Positions 22,472 through 33,275 of a stretch of DNA of 64,000 nt are shown here, piece by piece. Source of the stretch: a virus; IMG/VR virus record IMGVR_UViG_3300045971_000149, positions 93,926-157,925 of that record. The stretch is one strand, 5' to 3'. Under the pieces are notes generated by a model. The model made no database searches and was not told the DNA's origin. It saw only the letters and a program-made list of their open reading frames with translations. Within the stretch, counting starts at the first letter, position 1, and each line of letters opens with the position of its first letter. A program made the translations under genes and the position numbers.

Positions 22472-22777
22472 ATGAAATTATCGGAAATTTTAAGAGCACT
22501 TGCAGATATAGTTGATTCAGCCGACGGTGATCTATTAGATTTAACACAACAAAACGCAGCATCACTGAACACAATTAATACGCCAAATATAGATAAGAGT
22601 CGTTCCGAAAAATTTGTTCCTCCTCTTCAGACTAAAATTGAATTACTAAAGAAAGCAGTTGATGTAGATAGTATATACGATTCCGGAGCCGGCGAGATGG
22701 CACGTATGAAAAAGATGGCAGGCCTTAATCCTGTAGTCGCAGACGAAGCAGCTAGCGACGAACCACTAGATTCTTAA
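22472..22777 (+). CDS. Hypothetical protein (PPLQ..IEL.K family)
   Basis: MKLSEIL start, FVPPLQTKIELLKK and RMKKMAGL. Confidence 0.65.
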   Translation: MKLSEILRALADIVDSADGDLLDLTQQNAASLNTINTPNIDKSRSEKFVPPLQTKIELLKKAVDVDSIYDSGAGEMARMKKMAGLNPVVADEAASDEPLDS

Positions 22778-23571
22778 TGGCAACTACTCAGAAGTTTTTT
22801 ACTAGTAGAGTACAAACTGACCCTACTGCTTTTATTGGCGAAGTGGGGCGTATGTTCTATAACGAAGAAACTGGAGCAATACGTATCAGCGACGGAATTA
22901 CACCGGGCGGAGTTGCAGCTACAATTGAAATCCATTCAGTTACTGATTTTTCAAACACTGCAACCTATGCTAAATTTGCGGGAACTGCTACTCACGCAGC
23001 ATTTGCAGATGTCAGCGGGTTTGCTAACTCCTTTAATACTAATACGCTAGTCGCAAATGCAACAAATGCACAAACTGCAGGAACGGTTACTACTCCGGAG
23101 CAACCTGCTATAACTAGCGTAGGTACATTAACTAATTTAATGGTTGCTTCAATAGTAACTGCTACTAATTATAGCGGAGGTACTACACTTAATTGGACTC
23201 CAACTTTAACATTTGGAACAGTCCAAGGCACTCAAACCTACACTACTCGTGTGGGGTATTACACACAAGTTGGAAAATTAGTAATCGCAACATTTGACAT
23301 AGCTATTAGCAGCCTTGGCACAGCAGCTGGCGCCTTTAGCCTAACAATGACCGGATTACCAAAATCGCTAGCAGGTGCTCTAAAAATTACCACTAGAACA
23401 CTTTCGTCACAAAATGCTGTGGATATTATGGGTAGTGTTACTACTGCAACATCAATTCCTATATTCGGAAACATTGTGGTTGCTGGTACTATTTCTTATC
23501 GTCAAATACAAGCATCGGATCTGGGCGGAACAGCAATTATTTCCGGCACCATACAATATATTGCTAGCTAA
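22777..23571 (+). CDS. Tail fibre-like protein
   Basis: Head motif shared with 17288; QPAITSVGTL and GYYTQVGKLV. Confidence 0.7.
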   Translation: MATTQKFFTSRVQTDPTAFIGEVGRMFYNEETGAIRISDGITPGGVAATIEIHSVTDFSNTATYAKFAGTATHAAFADVSGFANSFNTNTLVANATNAQTAGTVTTPEQPAITSVGTLTNLMVASIVTATNYSGGTTLNWTPTLTFGTVQGTQTYTTRVGYYTQVGKLVIATFDIAISSLGTAAGAFSLTMTGLPKSLAGALKITTRTLSSQNAVDIMGSVTTATSIPIFGNIVVAGTISYRQIQASDLGGTAIISGTIQYIAS

Positions 23572-23579
23572 ATATTACT

Positions 23580-24338
23580 ATGAAAAAACTATTACTAATC
23601 TCATTATTAGCACCTATGTTAGCTTGGGCTAATCCCATTGATGACAAGTGCCCACAGTTTACCTATCAAGGTGCTCCAGTTAGTACACTTGCAGATAGCA
23701 AGGGACAATACCTTTGCAAGATGAACTATGCTATTCGATACAACTATACAACAAAGACTCCTGAATATGTTGTAGAGCATCCTACTAAGGCAGTGTTCAC
23801 CGGACCGGCAAAGCGTAAGGATAATTTCCATGCAGATGCTAGTATTCCATCTCAATACAGCGCACATTTATCGGACTATGATCTAACATATGATCGTGGT
23901 CATATGGTGCCTGCGGATGATAATACACAATCTGATGCTATCATGAGCGAAAGCTTCACACTTGCAAATATGGTACCACAAGTGCCTAATAATAACCGTG
24001 GTATCTGGAAGCAACTAGAAACCCAAGTACGTAAATGGGTTATTGGCGGAAAAGACATTTATGTATCGAGTGGTCCTATATATGACAAGGGATACAAGAC
24101 AATAGGAGCAGGTGTTGGTGTTCCTACTAGATTATTTAAAGTAGTTTTTAACAAAACTGATAATATTGCAATTGCATTCTTAATGCCAAATACAGAACTA
24201 GTAGTAAAAGACTTACCAAAGTATGCAACTACAGTCGATGCAGTGGAAAAAGCTACCGGACTAAAGTTTATGCCTAAAGCAACGAGCACTACTATTAAAA
24301 CCACTATACCTAATTTAGCTAAGTGGCCCGGACTATAA
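23580..24338 (+). CDS. DNA/RNA non-specific endonuclease (Serratia NucA family) with signal peptide
   Basis: YDRGHMVP, ESF..ANMVPQ...NRGIWKQLE; N-terminal MKKLLLISLLAPMLAWA. Confidence 0.92.
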   Translation: MKKLLLISLLAPMLAWANPIDDKCPQFTYQGAPVSTLADSKGQYLCKMNYAIRYNYTTKTPEYVVEHPTKAVFTGPAKRKDNFHADASIPSQYSAHLSDYDLTYDRGHMVPADDNTQSDAIMSESFTLANMVPQVPNNNRGIWKQLETQVRKWVIGGKDIYVSSGPIYDKGYKTIGAGVGVPTRLFKVVFNKTDNIAIAFLMPNTELVVKDLPKYATTVDAVEKATGLKFMPKATSTTIKTTIPNLAKWPGL

Positions 24339-24348
24339 ATGAGTAACA

Positions 24349-24576
24349 ATGAATATCCTGTCTATCCTGAAGATGACGGTTACGACCGTTTCAGAAATCC
24401 TTACAGTCCTGTTTAACGGGTTTGTAGAAGGGTTGTCGCGTGCTGGCTGCGGAGTAGCAGGCATATGGTGGGAACCGGAACAAGTTACTCCAGAAAAAGA
24501 AGATAAGACTATTCCGATCGAACAACAAGAACTTGTCTCAACTTCTTCAAAAGAAGGAAGAAGGAGACTTACCTAA
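24349..24576 (+). CDS. Small hypothetical protein (start uncertain)
   Basis: 75-aa ORF that overlaps a 25-aa ORF at 24339..24416 in another frame. Confidence 0.45.
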   Translation: MNILSILKMTVTTVSEILTVLFNGFVEGLSRAGCGVAGIWWEPEQVTPEKEDKTIPIEQQELVSTSSKEGRRRLT

Positions 24577-24690
24577 CCACCTTAGGTCCGTTTGTCGTCA
24601 ACGGTAGGGAGAGAGCGAAAGCTGGTCTTCCACAGGCGTCCGCGCAATTGCACTAACCCGCGTAGTGGTTCCAGTATTAAGTAAGCTGGA
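24575..24690 (+). ncRNA. Candidate structured non-coding RNA
   Basis: GC-rich intergenic segment with several nested stems and a GAAA tetraloop, followed by a terminator. Confidence 0.5.
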
Positions 24691-24700
24691 CACTCATAAG

Positions 24701-24722
24701 AAAAGCGCCCTAGGGCGCTTTG
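24701..24722. terminator. Bidirectional intrinsic terminator
   Basis: AAAAGCGCCC-TA-GGGCGCTTT palindrome between convergent units. Confidence 0.8.
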
Positions 24723-24738
24723 TCACGATTAGCGTTGT

Positions 24739-25005
24739 TTAACGAGTAGACTTTGCGTTTTCAACAAACTTATACATTTTTTCCGCAGTTTCTAGAATCT
24801 TATCTAGACCCGGAAACTCTGGCATAGCAATAGTACTAATAAGTTGTCCTGTCTTTTCATTGCGTGTTGCAGTTAATTCCCATCCTTGCAACTTTGCATG
24901 AAAGTCTTCAGTAACAAGCCCCTTAGCCATTGCTAAGATGTCAGTACGAATTTCGTATCCGTTTTTGTTAAATTTTACTTCCGGTAGTTTAAGTGTGTTT
25001 GTCAT
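24739..25005 (-). CDS. Phage hypothetical protein (KNGYEIR motif)
   Basis: AGGAG RBS and late motif upstream; 88 aa. Confidence 0.7.
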   Translation of the reverse strand: MTNTLKLPEVKFNKNGYEIRTDILAMAKGLVTEDFHAKLQGWELTATRNEKTGQLISTIAMPEFPGLDKILETAEKMYKFVENAKSTR

Positions 25006-25069
25006 TTTTATTCTCCTGTGTGTATGACTGTGTACAGCAGTATTGCTGCGTCTATATTTATTATACTGT

Positions 25070-25728
25070 CTATAGTGTAACAGTTAACGCGATTTCTTTA
25101 AAGTTTTTCGCCAGCTTCCTTAATCTCGGTGCCAACTTCTTTGCGATTGATTGCTCATCAAGGCGCTGTCCTAAGTGATACTGTCCGTAAGCTTCTAATG
25201 CTTTAACGATTAATTCTTTTTGCCGAGTATCGATTGTGAGTGTGTATGTGTGATTATTCATATTTAAAACCAGCGGGGGTAATTGTTCTTCTTTGCTTGC
25301 AGCAATCGGTATCTGGTCAAATACGCTAAAAAACCAAATACATCCTTAATTGTAAACAAAAATTTAGATAGCATAGTTTTCATATTTAAACCCTATAGTC
25401 AAAGTTAGACGAGCGAGCACGGTGTTGTCTACGGTCGTATTCATTAAGCCAATATTCAACATCGCATACGTTAGTAGGTTGTTTTTCGGCAATATAAGCG
25501 TCAATGCGTTCTTGTTCAGATACGGGTTTAAAGGCGCTCTTTACTCTTTCTAATAGATTAGATAGCATTTAATAACTCCTGAGGTGATGGTAAACGTTTG
25601 TTTTGGGCTAAAAAGTACTCTACATAGTCAAGCGGAACTGAACGGTATTCAGCACGAACCATACGTAGATAAGTTTCTGGGATCTTTTGTTCTCTTTTTA
25701 AGAGATATTTGGCAAATTTCAATAACAT
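25070..25728 (-). other. Cluster of small hypothetical ORFs
   Basis: ORFs 25070..25261, 25386..25568 and 25558..25728 with RBS/overlaps. Confidence 0.55.
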
Positions 25729-25898
25729 TATGTGTTTTCCTTTGGTTAGTATAGACTCATGGTTTCTACTGATATGTTTATTTATACTTATTATACCTTG
25801 CACTGCAACATAAGTCAAGTCCATTTTTAGTGTTTGCTCACTATCCAAATGATATGCTATACTGTTACATACAATAAATACAAAAAAGGAAAGACCCC

Positions 25899-26198
25899 GT
25901 GAAAAGACATACTCGTAGCCTGCTCGAAGAGCTGAACGACATAGCAGTTAAGAAAGATACCGAAACTGTAGTTGAAAGCCGTGCGGTCCACGTCATCAAC
26001 AGTGCTATCAATTTATTAACATTGATCCGCGAAAACTTTGAGCCAGAGTTGGCATATGAGTTAGAGAGACGATTTATAAATTCGATTAAGGGTGCGGATC
26101 CTGCTAAGTTTACACGAGGTATCCGCAAGCTACGTGATTCAAAGGACCTTAAAAGCAATCTACGTATTATAGAAGGTGACGCCAAAAAAGACGACTAA
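25899..26198 (+). CDS. Hypothetical protein
   Basis: 99 aa, GTG start with AAGGA RBS, late motif. Confidence 0.7.
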   Translation: MKRHTRSLLEELNDIAVKKDTETVVESRAVHVINSAINLLTLIRENFEPELAYELERRFINSIKGADPAKFTRGIRKLRDSKDLKSNLRIIEGDAKKDD

Positions 26199-26282
26199 TT
26201 GATGTTTTTTTGAGATCGTGATAAATACTTTTACAAATTGCTTCAGAGAGAAGCAAGTCATACGAGATCAAGGAGAAATATT

Positions 26283-26657
26283 ATGACAGCAGGAATTACA
26301 CGTATTCATGGCACTTCATTAGCAGGTGACTTCCGCGGTGGTTATCAACCACGTATTTTTAAAGTTGTCCCTACACAAGGCGACTTTTCAATTGGCTATT
26401 CAGCTACAGCTACAAACAGCGTATTCGAAGGTGCAGTTCGCGCTATCGAAAACGTTGCATCGCTTGTTCAAGTTGGTGTTCCAACAGCAGCAGGTTTCGT
26501 TGTTGTAGTTGACGGTGGTAACTACTACGGTCGTGGTGATAACACTGGCTATGCAGCTGATACATCAGCAGCTACTTTGAAGTCAAACATCGAAGCATTC
26601 ACAGCAGTTACAGCTACAGTTACTGAAGTTGTATTCAGCGGTATCACATTAGTTTAA
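26283..26657 (+). CDS. Probable abundant small virion protein (head-decoration-like)
   Basis: Strong AAGGAG RBS, biased codon usage, own late motif and terminator; function is inferred. Confidence 0.6.
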   Translation: MTAGITRIHGTSLAGDFRGGYQPRIFKVVPTQGDFSIGYSATATNSVFEGAVRAIENVASLVQVGVPTAAGFVVVVDGGNYYGRGDNTGYAADTSAATLKSNIEAFTAVTATVTEVVFSGITLV

Positions 26658-26670
26658 TTAATTTTTAACT

Positions 26671-26703
26671 AAGAAAAGGGAGTTTTTAACTCCCTTTTCT
26701 TTT
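26671..26703 (+). terminator. Intrinsic terminator
   Basis: AAGAAAAGGGAG-TTTTTAA-CTCCCTTTTCTTTT. Confidence 0.85.
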
Positions 26704-26730
26704 GACATAAATATCATATATAGGTACATA

Positions 26731-28677
26731 ATGGACGTTATTGAAATTAAAACCCTTATTGATATTACTAACACAGAAGTTAGGCGAATCAATCAAGGCA
26801 CCCAAATAGAATTAGATCAGTTTCGCAACTGGACCACATTGTTACAATGTATAGGTATGCGAGCAATCATGACATACGATAAAAACCCAATAAGTAATAC
26901 TGAGAATATTGATAATTTAGGGTTTGGCACAGAATATAAAGGTGTGCATACAGTATGGACTTTTAGATTTCGCCCCGATAGGGAAGGAACATTTGCAGAC
27001 ATTAGTTTATTAAAGGCCGACTTAGATCAAGTTCCTATTATACTAGACCTTTGTGATAGCATAAATCTTACAGAGATAATAAATACTCCAAGGGCAGTGT
27101 TTAATGTATCTGATAAGAAATACATGAACACAGTGGTTAAGGCAATATAGACCGCGACAGTATAAGATAAACAAATTTCCTGGAGATGATTTTATGGCCG
27201 GACCAACAGACATTGAAAAAGAAAACCTTGAAGCACACGTAGAGTTATGTGCCTATCGTTTTCAGCATTTAGATGACCGCCTTACAAAGATCGAAACTAA
27301 AGTAAGCACATTGCAAGATACAATTGAGAAGAGTCATCTTAGTATGATTAAGGTACTAATTGGCACCGCTGGCACAGTAGTTGCAGGTGTGTTATCAACT
27401 CTTGTTGTTATATTAACCAAATAAAAATGAGATTTACTGAGTTTGTAAAAGAAGCAAATGTTCCGCAACCTGTAGGTGGTACAGGTGCAGCTTCGGGAGT
27501 ATCCGGCATGTCCGGTGCAACTACTCAACCGAAAACTGTTACTGCACCAAAACCAGTAACTGCTACCAAACCAATACAACAAGTGACACCTGCAGGACAG
27601 GCTGCACAACCAAGTCAATCGTCGTCTACTGTAGGTACTACAGGCAGCAGTACAGCACCTATTCCCAAGCCCGAAGATCAAATGGGGCAGGAGCCGGCTC
27701 CTGCAGGCCAACCAGTGCAACCTAATACTCAACAGGCACAACCTAACCCACAACAAGATCAGTTACGTAACGATGCCGCGGTAATGGCAAAACGGTTAGG
27801 AATGAATCCTCAACAGACACAGGCATTTACCAATAAAGTTATAGGAACTGGGCAGACTAACGACCCACAAGCTATACAAAAAGCATTGCCAAAGCCGGGC
27901 GAAAAACTTGGGCAAGCAACAGTAATGCAATCACCTGCTGGGTCCAAAGGGATTAAGCTAGATACTAGAAATCAGTTAGGTTATCCTGTAACCGTTGACC
28001 CCCAAGATCTAACGTAATGAAAATACATCAACTTTTAGGTGGACCTTCCATCATCATCACTAATGAAGAACAAACCTTCATTGACCAGCATCATAACGAG
28101 ATCTCAATAGACAACTTACACGATCGTGAAGAAGTAGTGGCTCGTAATCTAGTACGCAAGGGCGTATATGAAATAAGTAATGATAGTAACAGAATCATTC
28201 TTAAAAAAGATGCAAAAAATAAATCCACAATTATTTGAAAAAATAGAACGCCTAGCTAATACAGTTAAACAAGAGTTTAAACAAAAAGGATTAGCGATCC
28301 CACATAAAAACAGAGATGGATCTGTGCAAATGGGAGACTTTATAATTACAAAGCACGATTCGTCATTTTGGATTAGACACGTATTAGGGTACGATGTTGC
28401 GGGCCCTATCAACTTAGCCCAAACAGCGGCTGTGATTGCTAACGATTTAGCATTAGGTCGAGCAGTTGATCTAAAGTTATTAACTAGTGATAAATGGTAC
28501 GGATACAAGGCATTCGATGTACAAGCATGCCAAATTCATGTAGCTAGTGCTCTAAAAAAGAAAGATTACGATAAAGCCGACTATAATATTAGCAGGATTG
28601 ATCTTGCCCAAGAACAGATGCTATACTATAAACGACCTATAGATTCTAGGTTTGCTAAACTAAGAAGTTTAACATAA
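26731..28677 (+). other. Late hypothetical genes (26731..27150, 27194..27424, 27427..28017, 28017..28238, 28210..28677)
   Basis: Contiguous ORFs; 27194 is a coiled coil plus C-terminal TM, 27427 is Q/P/T-rich low complexity. Confidence 0.7.
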
Positions 28678-28705
28678 ATACATTAAACGTTTTTTGGAAA
28701 CCAAT

Positions 28706-30094
28706 ATGAAATCTACCGAAATGAATCGTCCGGTTACTGCCGCTCAATTAAATGAGAATATGTACAAACAGTTTAATGTAAAAATTAACTTTGAGAAGTA
28801 CACACGTGAGCAGTTGGAAAATGCGCGTAATTTATTGCGTACAAAGACCGGTACTGTTGAATCAAGTGCCAACTTCAACGATTTACTTTCTAATGAAAGT
28901 TATCAGCGTGACAAGTTTATGCTTGGTGTACTAAACACTAAGATTAAAGAGATGCTAGGCGAAAGTAAATTAGCTGAACTATCTGTTAAAAAGTTAGATA
29001 AATTTCGTAAAGATGCTAGGGCAGCATCACGCGATGATTCAACTCCAGATGATAAAAAAATAAAACATATCACCGGCGCACAAAAAGCAGATAAAAAAAT
29101 AATGGCTAAAACAGGTAAGTACGCCGAAGACATTAACCAATCAGGAAACAAAATGAAAAATAAAAAAACAACCGAAGCAGCACCTGCAACTATAAAGACA
29201 TCTTCCGGCGGCCACGCTACCCGTACTGCTACTGGCGTTGTACATAAAGCAGGTTCAAAAGGTTACGGCAACAAGTGGGATGGCGAGACACAAGATCAAG
29301 CTCCTGCAAAGTCCAAGGCTGCAAAGTCAGCTGCTGAAAAGAAAGCAAGCAAAGCAAACGATATCAAACTTCCAGCATGGAAGGGTAATGTTACAAAGCA
29401 TAGTAGCAACCACGGTGCTGAGAAAGATGACGGCACAGGTGATGTATCCGAAGCCTTAAAAGGTAAGCAGAAGAAGTTAGATGCTGACAAAGACGGCAAG
29501 CTAGAAAAGAGCGACTTTAAGAAGCTTCGTGCAAAGAAGTCTGTTAAAGAAAGTGAAATGATGCACCTTGCATATGCAAACTTCATTAACGAAGGTCTAC
29601 GCCGTTTTGTTGCAGAAGATGAAGAAGGTAAAGCTAAGTCCATTACAGCAGCAGCTGATATGGTTAACGACTTTACAAGTTGGATGCAACGTGTTGGTAA
29701 CTATCAAACAAAGAGTATGATTGAATTAGCAGATAATATTCGTGCTAACTTTGGTATGCAAGAAGCTGAAACATTTAAGCAAGCTGTCGGTCAAGCACTT
29801 GAAGGTGCATTAAACTCATTAACAACTGCTCGCGAAGAAATTAACAATGCTGTTGCTGTTCTAGCAGGTGAAGCTCCTGCTGAAGAACAAATGGGGCAGG
29901 ACATGAGCCAAGATGTCGGTGATGTTGGAATGGCAGATCCAGAAATGGATGCAAGCATGGATGCAATGAATCCATCAGCAGAAGACGAGTTCGCAGCAAG
30001 CGATGCAGCATCAGGCGGCCCTGACACAACTGGTCGTGCAATGCGCGAGCACATCGAAAAGGGCAATCGATTAATGAGAATGCTAGGTTCATAA
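28706..30094 (+). CDS. Large charged protein, prohead core/scaffold-like
   Basis: 462 aa with a K/E/A-rich disordered middle and acidic tail; late motif upstream; function is inferred. Confidence 0.55.
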   Translation: MKSTEMNRPVTAAQLNENMYKQFNVKINFEKYTREQLENARNLLRTKTGTVESSANFNDLLSNESYQRDKFMLGVLNTKIKEMLGESKLAELSVKKLDKFRKDARAASRDDSTPDDKKIKHITGAQKADKKIMAKTGKYAEDINQSGNKMKNKKTTEAAPATIKTSSGGHATRTATGVVHKAGSKGYGNKWDGETQDQAPAKSKAAKSAAEKKASKANDIKLPAWKGNVTKHSSNHGAEKDDGTGDVSEALKGKQKKLDADKDGKLEKSDFKKLRAKKSVKESEMMHLAYANFINEGLRRFVAEDEEGKAKSITAAADMVNDFTSWMQRVGNYQTKSMIELADNIRANFGMQEAETFKQAVGQALEGALNSLTTAREEINNAVAVLAGEAPAEEQMGQDMSQDVGDVGMADPEMDASMDAMNPSAEDEFAASDAASGGPDTTGRAMREHIEKGNRLMRMLGS

Positions 30095-30438
30095 TGCGTT
30101 TATTTGAAGTTGCTGGCAATCAATTTCAGGATGACCTTGCAAATGTCTTAAAAGTTATGCAAGGTCAAGCTGATAACAAAAGAACTACAAGTAAAGTATT
30201 GTGGTCCGATATTAACAATAGACTACAAGGGTACGGCGAAGTTAATCAAGCCATGATGGATAAAGTTAAAGATAATATTGATCCAGACGGTAACCTTATC
30301 CAAGATATTGTACCAGACGGTATTATCCTTAAAACTCAAGTAGCAAGTCCGGAACAGCCGATGGGTATACAACCCGCAAATGCTGGAAAATCCGTAGATT
30401 CAATGGCGCACTCTGCGGCGCAAGATACTCTAAAATAA
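30094..30438 (+). CDS. Hypothetical protein
   Basis: MRLFEV start, coupled to the upstream gene. Confidence 0.65.
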   Translation: MRLFEVAGNQFQDDLANVLKVMQGQADNKRTTSKVLWSDINNRLQGYGEVNQAMMDKVKDNIDPDGNLIQDIVPDGIILKTQVASPEQPMGIQPANAGKSVDSMAHSAAQDTLK

Positions 30439-30475
30439 TTGTTGTATTTGCTCATTGTTTGTTGTATAATGAACA

Positions 30476-31177
30476 ATGAGCTCTACAATAACAATTAACC
30501 CTCCTCCTTTTGTCGAAAAACATCAGTACCAAAGCTGTAAACAAATAAACGATCCTGTCACTCGTAAGCGTGTTTACCTAACACCAGACGGACTCAAAAC
30601 TCCAAGTGTAACAACTATCCTTAGTGCCACTAAAGACATGACACACTTGAATGAATGGAAAAAGCGTATCGGCGCCGAAAAGGCGCAACAGATCGTAACC
30701 GAAGCATCCGGAGTTGGCACTGCAATGCACGGTAATCTAGAACGATTCATCGCGGGTATTGCACGACAACCCGGTAACAATCCTGTGCATGTGCAAGCTA
30801 ATAAAATGGCCGATGTTATTATTGCAAACGGTTTGAGCAAGGTAAACGAAGTTTGGGCAATGGAGCAAAGTTTGTACTTTCCGGGGCTGTACAGCGGAAC
30901 AACTGACTTAGTTGGAGTGTACGACGAGCAGCCGGCAGTAATGGATTACAAGCAAACAAATAAGCCAAAAAAAGCAGAATGGGTTGAAGATTATTATTTA
31001 CAACTTATGGCTTATATATTAGCACATAATGAGGTTTATAAGTCTGACATTAGGACAGGTGTTATCTTCATGTGCAGTAGAGATCTACAATACCAGCAAT
31101 TTACTCTAGAACCTAAAGACTTCAACAAGTATCAAGATTTATGGCTAGCTAAGGTAGAAGAATACTACAATTTGTAA
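30476..31177 (+). CDS. PD-(D/E)xK exonuclease
   Basis: PSVTTIL, GTAMH, E...GTTDL...DYKQ and QLMAY. Confidence 0.85.
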   Translation: MSSTITINPPPFVEKHQYQSCKQINDPVTRKRVYLTPDGLKTPSVTTILSATKDMTHLNEWKKRIGAEKAQQIVTEASGVGTAMHGNLERFIAGIARQPGNNPVHVQANKMADVIIANGLSKVNEVWAMEQSLYFPGLYSGTTDLVGVYDEQPAVMDYKQTNKPKKAEWVEDYYLQLMAYILAHNEVYKSDIRTGVIFMCSRDLQYQQFTLEPKDFNKYQDLWLAKVEEYYNL

Positions 31178-31216
31178 TCGCTGTTTCAGATAAATATCTC
31201 ATACAGGAGATATCCA

Positions 31217-32797
31217 ATGGCAGTTATTCAGATTAGTAAGATTCAAATACGACGCGGGCAAACGAAGCAGACAAACTTCCCGCAACTAGCCAGTGGAGAA
31301 TTTGGGTGGAGCATTGATAATCAAGAGCTGTTTATCGGTAATGGTGCAGTGTCCGAAGGTGCTCCTGCTGTCGGCAATACTCGTGTATTAACTGATCACG
31401 ACATTAAAAATCTATTTACATTTTTTGATAACGAAAGAGGTATTCAGTATACCTACAGAAATGATAATAAAGCTACTACTCGCTGGTTACAAGATAGATT
31501 AGACGAACAAGTTACTTTAGATGCGTTTATAACTACATCAACTGATTGTACCGCTGCTCTTCAAACCGCAGTTAATTATTTGTTTAATGGAACAATTACA
31601 AATTACGGTCCACTACTTCTTCCGGGAAAGAATTATGTCGTAACCGGTACAGTGTATATTCCTCCACATGCTGAAATACGTGGAGCAGGCACACAAAAAA
31701 CATTCATTACAAACACATCTAATAAATCAATATTTCAAACAGTGGCAGCAAACGGCGGAACACTGCTAGCCACACAAAATGTTAACATCAGCGGTATTAC
31801 CTTTAGTTCACAGTTAGATAACGCCAATCCTATTATGCAGTTAGATTGTTTAACAGACAGCGCAATAACAAATTGTGAATTTATCGGTAATGCATCTTCA
31901 AGTACTTCCGCAATTGCAGTACAACTACGAGATAACGCCATTACTGGTGCAAATTCTACTGATAATGTATTGATTGCTAATTGTGTATTCTCAAAGGTAT
32001 CAAGTGGAGTTAGTAGTGATACTGATATTACAAACATAAAGATTTTCAGTAACAAGTTTAAGAGTGTAGATAGAGGAGTTGTATTAGGCGAAACAATTGC
32101 AATTAGTTCGGCTTCTATGTACGGCCCAACAAATATTCTTATTTCAAATAATACATTTAGCGATGTTAACAAACAAGCAATCTATTCCGGCACCACAATA
32201 TACCCGGGTGGGCCTAATGTACAAAGTATAAACAACACTTATAAGAATGTTGGAAACTCAAGTAACGGAAATACACAGATAACTGAAGTTATACGATTCG
32301 AGAGTCCCGGTAGTAGATCCGACGGTGATACGTTTTCTAGATTAACAGATATTAATGCTCTTACATTCTCAATTACATCTGCAACAGTGCAGCCGTTAGT
32401 AAGTGGATCAGTTAGCTTAGTTAGTAAAACGACTGTTATTCCAGTTAACATTACAACTCGTCTAGCTGGCCAGACATATTTGATATACCCGATGGCATCG
32501 ACTTCAACCGGGTTGACTATGATTATTGATTACGGGTTTGTCCAACCCGATACAGGTGTTCGTAGATTGGGTAAGCTTACAGTTGCAATGGATAGTTCTA
32601 ATACGCCTACTGTACGTGACGAATATTCGTTTACCGGACCAAACGACGGATTCTTGTATTTTGTTGCAGAGCCAACTAGCCAATATCCGGGCTATAACAC
32701 ATTAGCCACAGTACAAAACGGCGCAATTGTGTTACAATTAAGATGTGATATTAACTTCACAGGTTATTTAACCTACTCATATACAGTAAGGCAGTAA
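31217..32797 (+). CDS. Virion protein with beta-helix (pectin-lyase-like) region
   Basis: ISKIQIRRG...PQLASGEFGW head, DCTAALQTA and repeated I.NN.F motifs. Confidence 0.7.
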   Translation: MAVIQISKIQIRRGQTKQTNFPQLASGEFGWSIDNQELFIGNGAVSEGAPAVGNTRVLTDHDIKNLFTFFDNERGIQYTYRNDNKATTRWLQDRLDEQVTLDAFITTSTDCTAALQTAVNYLFNGTITNYGPLLLPGKNYVVTGTVYIPPHAEIRGAGTQKTFITNTSNKSIFQTVAANGGTLLATQNVNISGITFSSQLDNANPIMQLDCLTDSAITNCEFIGNASSSTSAIAVQLRDNAITGANSTDNVLIANCVFSKVSSGVSSDTDITNIKIFSNKFKSVDRGVVLGETIAISSASMYGPTNILISNNTFSDVNKQAIYSGTTIYPGGPNVQSINNTYKNVGNSSNGNTQITEVIRFESPGSRSDGDTFSRLTDINALTFSITSATVQPLVSGSVSLVSKTTVIPVNITTRLAGQTYLIYPMASTSTGLTMIIDYGFVQPDTGVRRLGKLTVAMDSSNTPTVRDEYSFTGPNDGFLYFVAEPTSQYPGYNTLATVQNGAIVLQLRCDINFTGYLTYSYTVRQ

Positions 32798-33231
32798 TGT
32801 TTAAATTAGATGTAGAGGCTAGGCTAGCCGCCTGGTCTGCCCTGCGCAAGCAGATAAGCGTCAGTGAGTCCCCTTTCCAGGAACTTATTAACTTTTGGGC
32901 ACATACCCCATTCACTCCACACAATCACCATATCGACCCATACCATCAAGCATCTTGGGCAACTCCTTGGGAAATAATTGTGGAGAATAAGTATGATGAT
33001 TTTACCAAAGCAGTAATGATAGGGTATTCATTGCAGCTTACTGATCGGTATAAAAATTCCAACATTCAAATACGTACTCTTATAGACACAGAACACAACA
33101 GATTGTATAATGTAGTATATGTAGACGATGCATGGGCCCTAAACTTTGACGATAATCAAGTGGTGGCTGTTGAAAATATACCGAGTTCATTCAGATTAGA
33201 AAATCTAATCGAGTTAAAACGCCCAAGGTAA
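32797..33231 (+). CDS. Hypothetical protein
   Basis: 144-aa coupled ORF. Confidence 0.7.
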   Translation: MFKLDVEARLAAWSALRKQISVSESPFQELINFWAHTPFTPHNHHIDPYHQASWATPWEIIVENKYDDFTKAVMIGYSLQLTDRYKNSNIQIRTLIDTEHNRLYNVVYVDDAWALNFDDNQVVAVENIPSSFRLENLIELKRPR

Positions 33232-33275
33232 ATATCAATCTCAGCGTTAGAAATACAATAATTACAAGGTATACA

